Notes under the pieces: model-generated
Database searches by the model: none
What the model saw: only the letters and a program-made list of their open reading frames with translations
Told to the model about the DNA's origin: nothing
Position numbers and translations under genes: made by a program
From: Octopus vulgaris
Lineage: Eukaryota
Direction of reading: 5' to 3'
NCBI GenBank assembly: GCA_951406725.2
Contig: OX597818.1
Coordinates: 132,060,001-132,124,000, forward strand
DNA length: 64,000 nucleotides
Part shown: piece after piece, positions 27,030 through 39,095 of the stretch
Numbering within the stretch: position 1 is the stretch's first letter
How the letters are laid out: each line of letters opens with the position of its first letter

Positions 27030-27680
27030 TTCTAGCATAGGCACAAAGCTATAAATTTGGAGGGGTGAGTGTGGTTGATTATAATGGCTCCTGTACCTGT
27101 TGATACTTAATGTTATCTACCCCTAGAGGGATGAGAAGGCAAAGTCATTAACACCATAATAGAGAGAAAGGGATAAACGTGTGAGGTTTAACACATAATG
27201 ATCAAAATAATAATAATAATAATGATGATTATAATTACAATAATGACATGATGGTTTGTGACATTGATAACAATAATAATCCTTTTTAATACAGGCACAA
27301 GGCCTGACATTTTGGAGGAAAAATAGTTGATTACATCAAACTCAGTAATTGAATGGTTCACGTTTTATTGACACTGAAATGATGAAGGATAAAGTTGGTT
27401 TTGGTGATATTTGAACTCAGAATGTAGAAGTGAAAGAAACGCAGCTAAAAATTTTGTCCTATGTGCTAATGATTCTGCCAGATCACCATCTTAATGATAA
27501 TAGCATTAAAGATAATGATTTATATAATTGGCACCAAGGCCTGAAAATGAAGGGGATGAAGTTGTGTTGATTAAATAGACCCCAGCTCTTAGTCGGTACT
27601 ATATATTATTGACCCTGGAAGGGCAAAAGGCAAAGGTTATCTCAGCAGGATTTGAATTCAGAATGTAAAGGGACGCCATT
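27030..27680 (-). mobile_element. Tandem cluster of three decayed family C SINEs
   Basis: The motif ggcacaa(g)g...ttgatta...tactta/ttattga...aaagg/aaagt recurs at about 27035, 27290 and 27530, all in the same orientation, separated by (AAT)-rich spacers. Confidence 0.65.
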
Positions 27681-27692
27681 AGATAATAGTGG

Positions 27693-27728
<36 letters not shown>

Positions 27729-27837
27729 CTTTATTTGACATAAAGGCAGAACACAAAGTATTTATACAAATTTTTTTAGTTACTCAGGGTAAAGTGTGTG
27801 CATGCATAAACACTTTTACAATATGCATGCATACTCA

Positions 27838-29028
27838 TTCTCATCAATTAACATCTGTGTTCCATGCTGGCATGGGTCAGACAGTTTGACAGGATTTAAC
27901 AAGCCAGTGGACTACAATGAACTCTGATACCTACTTTTGTATTAGGAAAGGCATCCAGCCTTTCTTAACGTCAGCTACTTTATAGTGTGTACTGAGTGTT
28001 TTTTTTTTATCATGGCACTGGCACTAGTGAGGTCACCTAGTAGCTCACAAGATCTCTCAACTGAACAAGGATGTAGTTTTGAAGAAAGTGGTTTTGTACC
28101 AAGTGTTGAGAGGCTAAAATATGATAGTGGGATAGGAACAGGTGATGCATGACTACACCAATTAGAGGTGTCAGGGCATACCCTCAAAGCAGATGAAGGT
28201 AGCTATAAGAAAGAATAGGGAAAGAGATTGAGGATGGGTGGAAGGATAGTACTGTGAGAATGTGAAAAGAGAGTGGAGATGTTTACATTTGGAGAAAGAG
28301 ATTAAGCTGAGTAGAGATGAGCATGCGCAGAGGCAAACCACAGTTTGGAAATGAGGTAAAGGAAAATAGGAATGGGTCAGAGAGGTGGAGGGAATGAGTG
28401 AATGTACACAAAAGTGGGTGATAGAGAGTAACAGTATAATAAAATTGTAGATAGATGAGAAATAGGGAGATGAGGTGAAAAGTGGGCAAGGTAAAAAAAA
28501 TAGATACACAGTGATAAAGATGACAGTCAGAGGTATGCAGGGGTGGATATAGTGCATGACAAACAGGTGGTGATGATGGTGGGGGGAGGCATCAAGCTTA
28601 GATATAAGAAGTTGTGCAGGAGAATAGATATAAGAAGGTATTCAATGGAAAATATAGAGGTAAGGGATGATACTGAGACTGCAGGATGGGTGACAAAGGA
28701 AGTGGTTCCAAGGAGAGATACAAGCAGTAGCACAAAAGGGCAGTGAAATATGTGCAGTTCTCATATATAATTACAGCAACTCTCGCCTGGCCCCCGTGCC
28801 GGTGGCACATAAAAGCACCATCCGTTCGTGGCCATTTGCCAGCTCCGTCTGGCACCTGTGCGGGTGGCACGTAAAAAGCACCCACTACACTCACGGAGTG
28901 GTTGGCGTTAGGAAGGGCATCCAGCCGTAGAAACACTGCCAGATCAGACTGGGCCTGATGCAGCCTTCCGGCTTCACAGACCCCAGTTGAACCGTCCAAC
29001 CCATGCTAGCATGGAAAGCGGACACTAA

Positions 29029-29060
<32 letters not shown>

Positions 29061-29410
29061 GTAAATATGTCAGAAGTTAGGAGAGTAATGGAGTAATTGG
29101 AGTTAAGAAGATGGATTGTGGGGAGGCTTGGCAGAGGAAGGCTTAGGTGCAAGGGTAGAGACAGAAGCAATATACTTTTAGAGCCTTATTTTTTGCTGAG
29201 GTTGATGGTTCTTCTCAAGCACTGCACATTGCCATCTTCTTGATCCTTTCTTATCTCCTCCATAGGGCTCAACAACCCGGGGTCAGTCATCACTACTTTG
29301 TCCTGTGTTTTCCTAGGTCTTTCTTTTCCATGGGTTCCATCCTCACGAAGTGATCAGTACCGTTTTATGCAGCTGTCCCCATCCATACACATTACATGAC
29401 CATACTAAGC
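27838..29410 (-). mobile_element. Old 5'-truncated RTE-clade LINE: ORF2 C-terminus plus long pyrimidine-rich 3'UTR ending in a family-B-type tail
   Basis: Minus strand 29410-29190 translates to *YGHVMCMDGDSCIKRY*SLREDGTHGKERPRKTQDKVV (compare RTE WYGHVxRM...GRGRPRKTW). It continues through a purine-skewed tract to ...catggaacacagatgttaa at about 27850. Confidence 0.7.
28780..29058 (+). mobile_element. Young family B copy inserted antisense in the old RTE LINE
   Basis: CpG-rich, with an internal duplication of ggtggcac(a/g)taaaagcacc and a (GAT)n tail. Confidence 0.85.
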
Positions 29411-29794
29411 ATATTTGCATCAATTGTATCAACAATGTTACCAACAGTAACATCTGCAATTAACAATATTGATTATTTGATGGGGGTGCAAGGTCCAAAT
29501 AAATAGTGATAATAATAGTGGTATATCTTATTTTATCCCAAAGAGAGAATCAAGCTTAAAAATGACAAAGCTACTGTAATAAACTTTTCTGGGGTGCACG
29601 CACACACACACATACACACACACACACACACACACATAGAATACCTGATACAAAAATTTTTAAAAATAACACTATAGACTGACATAAATAATAGGTACTG
29701 TGTGTTTATGTATGTGTGTGTGTATGTATGTGTGTATATATATGTGTGTGTGTGTGTATGTATATGTTTATATATATATGTATGTATATATATA

Positions 29795-29846
<52 letters not shown>

Positions 29847-30086
29847 ACACACACACACATATACACTCCTAGCATCAACCAACCTTCCTCAGTAATATAA
29901 ACTCCTCATTTGAGGGGGTCTTGTCTTGTGAGTTACTTGACGACTAGTACCAGTACCATGGAAAAAATATTTAGTACACCTGATAAAGTGGTTGGCATTA
30001 GGAAAGGCATCCAGCCAAAGAAGCTGTACCAAAGAAGACATTGAAACTCAACACGATTCTCCTGTTGATTGTTATTAACAGAGATA

Positions 30087-30159
<73 letters not shown>

Positions 30160-30324
30160 TAATAATTCACCAGCATGGTCTCTCTTCTTGTAACTATTAT
30201 ATCCTCAAGTCGTGTCCTGAAGTTTCTCTGTTCCCCAATCATATTCTCTTGTAATACAGGGTTTTCTACATTACATTGGTTGGCCAGCCTCTCCTCTACT
30301 ACAACTTCACCTTGCCCACACATT

Positions 30325-31930
30325 CACCGATCTTCACCTACATTATTCGTTGTAGCCTTGATCCCACTTTCTCTAGTCCTATGTAAAGTCAACATGCACT
30401 ATGAGCTGCGAAAGAATGGACCACATCTCAACCACCCATGGATGATTTAAAACTGATTGCAAAAGCAGAGCCTGAAATGGAGAGGCTGGTTGGGATGGTA
30501 CAGATGTGCAGCAAGGATATATATATTTCTTTACTGCCCACAAGGGGCTAAACATAGAGGGGACAAACAAGGACAAAGGAATTACAATGACCCCAGTTGC
30601 AAAACTGGTACTTTATTTATCGACTCCGAAAGGATGAAAGGCAAAGTCGACCTCGGCGGAATTTGAACTCAGAACATAACGACAGACGAAATACCGCTAA
30701 ACATTTCGCCCAGCGCGCTAACGTTTCTGCCAGCTTGCCGCCTTGACATAGGGATGGATATAGGATATAGGATATAGCAAGGATATAGGGATGGAATTCA
30801 GTATCTTGAAGTGTATGGTGCTCACTTTGAAATGAGTTAAAGAGCAGACTGTAGGGGCATAGAATTGTCAAATGGTGGAAGAATGGAAGACCCAGATGAT
30901 GATGATGATGATGGGATCCTAGAGCTGGACAATATCTTGCACACAGAAATGAAAGACAAGGTTATCACTGCATATTTAAAGCAACTCAAATTTCTCTTGA
31001 AATCAAAACTCAAATCAAAGAACCCTGTGACTGCCATCAACATATGGGCTGTTGTTATAGTCCACTACAGTGCACCCATCCTGAAATGGTCACCAACTGG
31101 ATCGCCCTACCCAAAAGACAATGACAATGCATGGTGCCCTCCACCCTATGGTGAATGTACACTACACAGGCTCTACATGAAGAGGGGTAAAGGTGGATAT
31201 GGGCTGATGATTAGTATATGGGAGCACATCAACAGTCAAAGAAGAAATGTGGCAGAATATTTGGTAAACAGCAAACAAGACCTGCTACTGAATGCTGCTA
31301 ATGCATAAGGACCAAAAATGGACTTGAGAGTACTCATGAATTCTGATCATGAACAACCAGCAAGAGAGACATGACAAGGTAGCGCAACACCTTCACTGGC
31401 TACTATGCTAGAAGTATGGATATGAGATAATGGGTGCTCGGTATCAACATACACTGTATGGTAATGAACAAAAAGAGGAAGGCAAAAATCCTCTGGGACT
31501 TTGACTTCCGTACACAGACAAGGTGTTAGAGCACCGAAGGCTGGATATAATAACCTTTTAGGAGAAACAAACAAGAGTGCCTGATAATTGATGTGGCAGT
31601 GTCAGGAGGAGATCAACATATTATCATGAAAGAAAGAGAAAAGATTGATAAATATGGAGACCTGAGAATTGAGGTTGTTAAGATGTGGCAGCTTCGAGAG
31701 ACAAACATAACGGTTGTCCCTATTGTCATTGGAGCAAAAAAACATCTGCAAACTATAGAAATACCCTATAATCTAGGTGTATTGCAAAAATCGGCATTAT
31801 TTGGAACCGCACGCATATTGCATAAAGTATTGTTTGAGGTCCTTGTTGTGACTTGACAGACAGTACAAGTCCCCACCCTCACCATGGTTGACACAATATC
31901 TTCAATCAACAACATCATGATATTGGATAT
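30325..31930 (+). mobile_element. Decayed R4/Dong-like non-LTR retrotransposon (RT plus restriction-like endonuclease)
   Basis: Fragments SPTLFVVALIPLS, MDDLKL, DIGMEF, AINIWAV..YSAPILKW, LHRLYMKRGKGGYGL, RHDKVAQHLHW, KILWDF, DVAV..KEREKIDKYGDL..E...W...VVPIVIGA and SALFGTARIL. Frameshifted. (TAA)/(TAT) tracts nearby. Confidence 0.85.
30522..30743 (-). mobile_element. Young family C SINE inserted in the R4/Dong RT
   Basis: aaggcggcaagctggcagaaacgttagcgcgc head. The target duplication gcaaggatata occurs at about 30511 and about 30777. Confidence 0.85.
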
Positions 31931-32133
31931 TATTATTATTATTATTATTATTACTATTTCCATGTTATGTACAAGGCTATTAATTTTGTGAAGTTTTTAG
32001 GATGTAGTTAATCAGAAGTAACAGTCATGCCTTTTGCTTATCCAGAGGGCTCAACTGAGCAGTTATAATAAGGATGTTAGTGATGATGATGATAATGATG
32101 ATGATGACGACGACGATGATGGTATACATATGT

Positions 32134-32360
32134 TTAACCCTTTAGTGTTCAGATTATTCTATCAAACATAATGCTTATTGATTCCCATTGATTTGAATTA
32201 ATCATGCATTATCTCATATCTTCAAGATGTTGATGGTGTAATTTCTTAATGTAGAATAACATTGTAGGGTAGGTGTGAGAGCCTGGATCTGGTCAGTTTG
32301 AGTATAAAACAGATTAAATATTTTGGCCAGATATGGCCGGTTTAAATACTAAAGGGTTAA
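32134..32360. mobile_element. piggyBac-type MITE family 2
   Basis: TTAA-ccctttagtgtt ... aatactaaaggg-TTAA. Confidence 0.85.
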
Positions 32361-32748
32361 AAGTAAAGGTTATTTAAAAGATAAAGGAGTGCTGAACTTC
32401 AATATTCATTTCTTCTTAATGATAACAATTTTTTAATATCAGGCTTATTTTGTTTTTTAGAAAACCACCCAAAACTTTGTGATTCTTTTTCCAACAGTTG
32501 TGAATTTGTATTTGTGCAATTTTTTATTCTATGTACAATGTACTTGCTGTGTGTGTGTGTGTGTGTGTGGGGCTACTTGTGTATGTGTGTATATTAATTA
32601 GTATCTCAGTAGGCATGAAATTATGTATTTATTTTTGTTTGGTAGAGCAACTTGGGGTGTGTGTGTGTATGTGGTGGCAATATGTATTGGAAACCCATAC
32701 CAATAGTACTGAGTAAAAAAAAACAACAACAAATTAAAACAAACAACA

Positions 32749-32979
32749 TTAACCCTTTCGTTACTGTATTTATTTTGAGATGCTCTGTGTTTCTTTCAAT
32801 TAATTTTAAATATAACAAAGAATTTAGTAAAATAACTTAGTTATCATTCAGCTAGTGTTAGGAATGTAAATTGTGACTAAGGCTTGGTGGAATATTTTAA
32901 TTCAAAACTTATGAAAACAAGACATTTCTACTACAGAGCCAGAGACGGGTTTTGGCCGGGTTGGTAACGAAAGGGTTAA
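32749..32979. mobile_element. piggyBac-type MITE family 1
   Basis: TTAA-ccctttcgttac ... gtaacgaaaggg-TTAA, both TSDs intact. Confidence 0.9.
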
Positions 32980-33402
32980 GGATGATTGATGATGATGATG
33001 ATATATTTCTACATTTGATATATCATTGCTTCCTTCTGTTTTATTTGGTTCTTATTGTATTCATTGATAAGGTTTTTTTTTTATCTTTACAAAATAATTT
33101 TAAAAAAAAACTGTTTATGTGTTGTCTGCATCAACATCACTTCCACTGTCACCACAAGTATCACTATAAATTGTCCCCCCAATAGACAGCTGATCCACCA
33201 CTCTTAACATCTGCCATACTGGGTCAGCCATTCCTAGCACCTCTTCATTGTCACTTCTGCCAATTATATGTGACTTGCCGATAATAATCTGTTGTAGGGC
33301 AGTGAATTGTGTACTTCTTCTGTATGGGATGGTGCTAGTGTTGGTACAGCGACCAAAAATGTCCCACTAGCCTCTTTGTATTGTTTTCTTTTGCCTGTTG
33401 TA

Positions 33403-33655
<253 letters not shown>

Positions 33656-34042
33656 ACATGTGTCTATATGTGTGTGTATATATATATATACATTTATATA
33701 TATCTGTTTGTGTGTGTGTATGTATATGTATATATATATGTGTGTGGTGGGGAGACTTGTTTATTATTTAGCCTTGAGCAGGCCTGCATTCAAAAACATT
33801 TATGACTATCTTGTCTTTTGTATATCTGAGACTATACCATCGAATGTGTTTTTCCTTTTATGATGATGCAAGGTGTGATTTAAGAAGCATTTTGCTACTA
33901 ATTTTGCTAGGTCAAGTGATAATACCGAGACTCCCTAAATAAATAGCTTATGTGTGGGGCAAATAATATAGTGAAAGTAGTGGTTGTAGGTAGCCGGACT
34001 AAGCTCTACCAAAGCTGTGCTTGGTACACCATCCACATATCC

Positions 34043-34266
34043 TTACTCTTTACTCTCTTTTACTCTTTTACTTGTTTCAGTCATTTGACTGCGGCCATGC
34101 TGGAGCACCGCCTTTAGTCGAGCAAATCGACCCCGGGACTTATTCTTTTTGTAAGCCCAGTACTTATTCTATCGGTATCTTTTTGCCGAACCGCTAAGTG
34201 ACAGGGACGTAAACACACCAGCATCGGTTGTCAGGCAATGCTAGGGGGACAAACACAGACACACAA

Positions 34267-34321
<55 letters not shown>

Positions 34322-34490
34322 TACGACAGGCTTCTTTCAGTTTCCGTCTACCAAATCCACTCACAAGGCATTGGTCGGCCCCAGGGCTATAGCAGAAGAC
34401 ACTTGCCCCAAGATGTCACGCAGTGGGACTGAACCCGGAACCATGTGGTTGGTTAGCAAGCTAACTTACCACACAGCCACTCCTGCGCCT
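34043..34490 (-). mobile_element. SINE family A, young full-length copy
   Basis: Near-identical to 15693-16103, with a possible TSD tatcctt on both sides. Confidence 0.9.
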
Positions 34491-34549
34491 ATCCTTCTCT
34501 GTTATTGTTTATTTTCTTTAGCTGACCTGTCAGAATGTCCACACAGGCC

Positions 34550-35119
34550 ACTGCTACTATCAACTTCTCTGCTACATTACTGCCACTGCATTGATGACCA
34601 TCAAACAATACTGCTACAATCATTATTACTGCTATTGCTGACAATATCATCACAAATGCTTTCATCACCATCATTTGTTTCCCCTTCGTTTGTTCTCTCC
34701 CTGCTTCCTTATGCTTATATTTCCCTCCGCCTCTTTCTCCTTTTCCTTCTCCTCTTTAATTCTCCTCCTCCTCGCAAAAAAAAAAAAAAGCATCAGCAGC
34801 AGCAGCAGCAGCAGCTACAACCCATTCTCTATCCCTCTCTTTACCTTAATCGCTGCTACCACCACTATCACCACTTTTCCTCCTCATACTTTCACTATTT
34901 CCAATATCTTTCTTAATCTCCTCCTCCTCCTCCGCCTGCCACTGCTGCTACTGTTCTAAATTCTTCTCCTTCTTCTTCTTCTTCTTCTTCTTCTTCTTCT
35001 TCTTCTTCTTCTTCTTCTTCTCCTTCTTCTTCTTCTTCTCCTTCTCCTTCTTCTTCTTCTCCACCATCCCACCACCACCACCACCACCAACAACCACCAC
35101 CACCACCACCACCACCACC

Positions 35120-35151
<32 letters not shown>

Positions 35152-35211
35152 CAACACCACCACCACCACTACACCACCACCACCACCACCACCACCACCA
35201 CCACCACCACC

Positions 35212-35266
<55 letters not shown>

Positions 35267-36400
35267 AACCTTAAACAGCGCAATGGGAAATTAAAACTGA
35301 CCCATTGTTGTTGTTATTATTATTGCTGTTGGTGGTGGTGGTGGTGGTGGTGGTGGTGGTGGTGGTAGTGGTGGTGGTGGTTGTGCTGCTGCTGCTGCTG
35401 CTGCAGTTGTGTAAGCACTAGCTTCATCTTTGGTGTTAGCAGTGTCAGCAGCAGTGGTAGCGGCGGCAGCAGTGGCAGCAACAATAAGCAAAGCCTCTGA
35501 CATGCAAACATCTTCATCTTTTCCCTCCTAGTCTATTGCACTGCTGTGCTCTTCTCTTGCTCCGTTCCACTTTGTTTTGCTCTGCTGCAGTTGTTGTGTT
35601 GTGTTGTGTTGTGTTGTGTTGTGCGCGGTGTTCTTGCTATCTTATCTGGCCGAGCAAAAGTGTGATGTGATATCAAAAAAAAAAGAAAAAAAGAAGAAAA
35701 AAGTACAAAAAAAAAAAAACAGACCAAAAGTGTGGTCCTGTTTATATCACTACTTTGTAAGTACAACTACCACCAACATCATCACAACTATGACTACAAC
35801 TGCTACTACTACTACTACTACAACTACTACTTCTACTAGCAGCAGCAGCATCACCACCATCACCACCACCACCGCTATTATCAATACTACTAGCACAATT
35901 ACCACTACCACCTTTCATCTCTGTCCTCCTCTCCCAGTCCTTCTAAAACAGCATCACTAAAAGTATTATCACTCACCCTCCCTCTCTCGTTCTTTTTTCC
36001 CCCTTATTTGACTCTCCTTCTATTTCATTTCCCAATGCCTCTGTAACCGACTGCCACCACCACCACCACCACCACCACCACCACCACTAAAAGCATTGCT
36101 AGGAATACTTGCTTCTCGCACGTTTTTCCTATACTCCCTCCCAGTATTTCTACCCCTCCCACATATTCTCTCAAAATCTCCCATTCACTGGCTCTCTCCC
36201 TCTCTCCCTCTCTCTCTCTCTCTCGCTCTCCCTCTTTCTCTCTCTCTTTGTCCCACTGTTGTTTCTCCATCTCTCTCTCTCTCTGATGACACAATCTGGG
36301 CGGCAGCAGATACACTCAAGTTGTAGGGCGACTGAGACGTTACGATGCTGGCATGGGCCAAATACAGATTGAACTTCGGTACTGTATGAATGTTATCAAA
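34550..36400. promoter_or_regulatory. GC/CpG-enriched trinucleotide-repeat island; candidate promoter/5'UTR
   Basis: TE-free stretch with (CAG), (CTT), (CCA), (CTA), (GGT) and (GCT) runs, unique cores retaining CpG, tandem GATA sites (ctatcttatct, about 35637) and CT-rich tracts. Confidence 0.35.
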
Positions 36401-36479
36401 TTTCACTTTGTTTATGTTTTGTATTTGCTTAACTGGAGTTTTCTTTTATACATAAATACACACACAAACACACATACTT

Positions 36480-36524
<45 letters not shown>

Positions 36525-36799
36525 ATTATATTTATCTACCTATCTCTCGCGCTCTCTCTCTATGTATATATAAACATATACATGTATATATATATACATA
36601 CTCATGCTTTAACTTGGGCTTTTTTTATCCTAGGTTTTCTATATGTATATATATATATATATATCTTGCATTTCTTCTGATGTAAAGTATATTGCATATG
36701 CATCATTTCAAAATGAGCATTTTACCCATTGCATATTTTGATATTTGCAGTGAGATGTTTTGATTTATGTTTTGAGTTTTTCTCCTGTTATGCACACAT

Positions 36800-36848
<49 letters not shown>

Positions 36849-37537
36849 CACACACACACAAACACACACACACAAAACTAACTTTTAAATTTCTTTTATT
36901 AATACACATAATTTTGTTCACATTTTTGAAGATCTAAACTTCTTGTATAGTAAACATTTTCATGCCCGCTCCGTTTCTCTTTGGGTTAATTTGTTTTTTT
37001 TATCTTGTAGTCCTCCTCTTATAACTTTTGCTGAATCTCCCTTTTTTCTTTTTTTTTTTTCTTTGCTTTACATACATTTTCTCCCTTAATCTACTTTCCG
37101 TGCCTAAATATGAAATTCTTCAAATACGATGAAGTACTTACTAATTACAATATGATATTATTATTACTATTCATCATATCCCTAAATTCAGAGTTTGTAC
37201 TCTTAGATTTGGAGACTTTCAATTAGTTAGTAATTAGTTTCTTGTTGCTATTATTGCTAAAAATATTATCATTATTATCATTATTGTTGGTAAAAAAAAT
37301 GATTGTGCAATTCTTATATAATATTTTCCTAAAATCTGTAATGTTAGCCTGTTATGAGTTTATTTCATATCGCATTATCAATTTTGTTATTTGACAAATA
37401 AACTTATACTCAGGGATAGCTTATCATCTTACAGGGATTAATACAACACCATTATTATATCTATTCTACCTATGCTCTAGGTATTTTCATTTGAAAACTT
37501 GCAAATAATTACAATCTCTTTATTTAACTTCAATAGG

Positions 37538-37670
<133 letters not shown>

Positions 37671-37719
37671 ATACACATATGTATATATATCTGTATACAT
37701 ATATTTATGCACACAGCCC

Positions 37720-37806
<87 letters not shown>

Positions 37807-38139
37807 ATACATATACATATATACATATATATAATTTCCCCTTATAAATTTACATAAAGAGTTTCCATTACATTATTTAAAGACTTCAGAAGAAACTGTA
37901 ATATCTTTGGAGTTTTCAAATTCACATGAAATTTTCTATCCTTCTTAAATTGTATGACTTCTCTTTTAGCTATCATCTTCTTTTCTATACTTTGATATTA
38001 ATACTGTTTTTTTTTTTGTGTTGCTATTAATTATTTCAAATCACTTTTACTATATGGCCACAGCTCTGAGCTGAAACTAGAAAAAAAAAATGTATATGTG
38101 TATGTGTGTATATATATATAGATATAAACATATATATAT

Positions 38140-38197
<58 letters not shown>

Positions 38198-38773
38198 TTG
38201 TGTATATTTATATATATATACACACATAATATATGCATATTTATATCTATATATATATATTTATACTCACGCACACACATACACATATACATATACTCAC
38301 GCACGCATACACATACACACACGCATAAGTGAGTGGTAAAGAATATCTCAACAAAAGAGTGACATATCATATTGAATACATATTTGTTAAGGTAATTAAA
38401 AATAAAGGACCAAAGATAAAATACAGATTTATTTTAGTTTTTTTCTTTTCTTTCATTTGTAAATAGATAAGGGATTCTTTTTTTAATCATTCTTTCTATA
38501 CACTTACTTACACAAGCATGCACGCTTACAGCACAAAAAACTTATATTTAGAGAATTATGTGAAAAATCAATCAATTGAAAACAAACTAGAATGAAAAGT
38601 ATTTTGAAATAATAGCAACATGTTAAAAAACAGAATATATACACATAGTTATATATATATATTTGCATATGTATATATATGTATGTGCATGTGCGTCTAT
38701 ATATATATCTATGTGTGTATTCATATATATGTATATATATGTATGTGTATATATGCATATGTATGTGTGTGTG

Positions 38774-38819
<46 letters not shown>

Positions 38820-38824
38820 TGTAT

Positions 38825-38958
38825 GTAGGTCCCGGGTTGAGTCGGGGTTAACCACAGTAAATAAGGTACTCAATACATAGCAGAGTAAATTAATTTATTT
38901 TATAGAAGGAGCTTCTACAGGACTAGAACTGTTTCATTCAAAAGAAATCATCAGGAAG
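38825..38958 (-). mobile_element. Single-orientation copy of the hammerhead-bearing element of 2197-2394
   Basis: Near-identical sequence in TA repeats. Minus strand 38958-38912: cttc-CTGATGA...GAAACAG..CTGTA-gaag, followed by tataaaataaa. Confidence 0.75.
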
Positions 38959-39050
38959 TGTATATATATTTATATATGTATATATACATTTCTATGTGTA
39001 TGTTTGTGTATATATATGTATATGTGCATATATGTATATAAACGTATATA

Positions 39051-39095
<45 letters not shown>

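Noticed and set aside
35320-35517. Minus-strand ORF with signal-peptide-like Leu-rich start and poly-Q/H
   Set aside because: Built largely from triplet repeats and ends in tandem stops. Kept only as a possible uORF.
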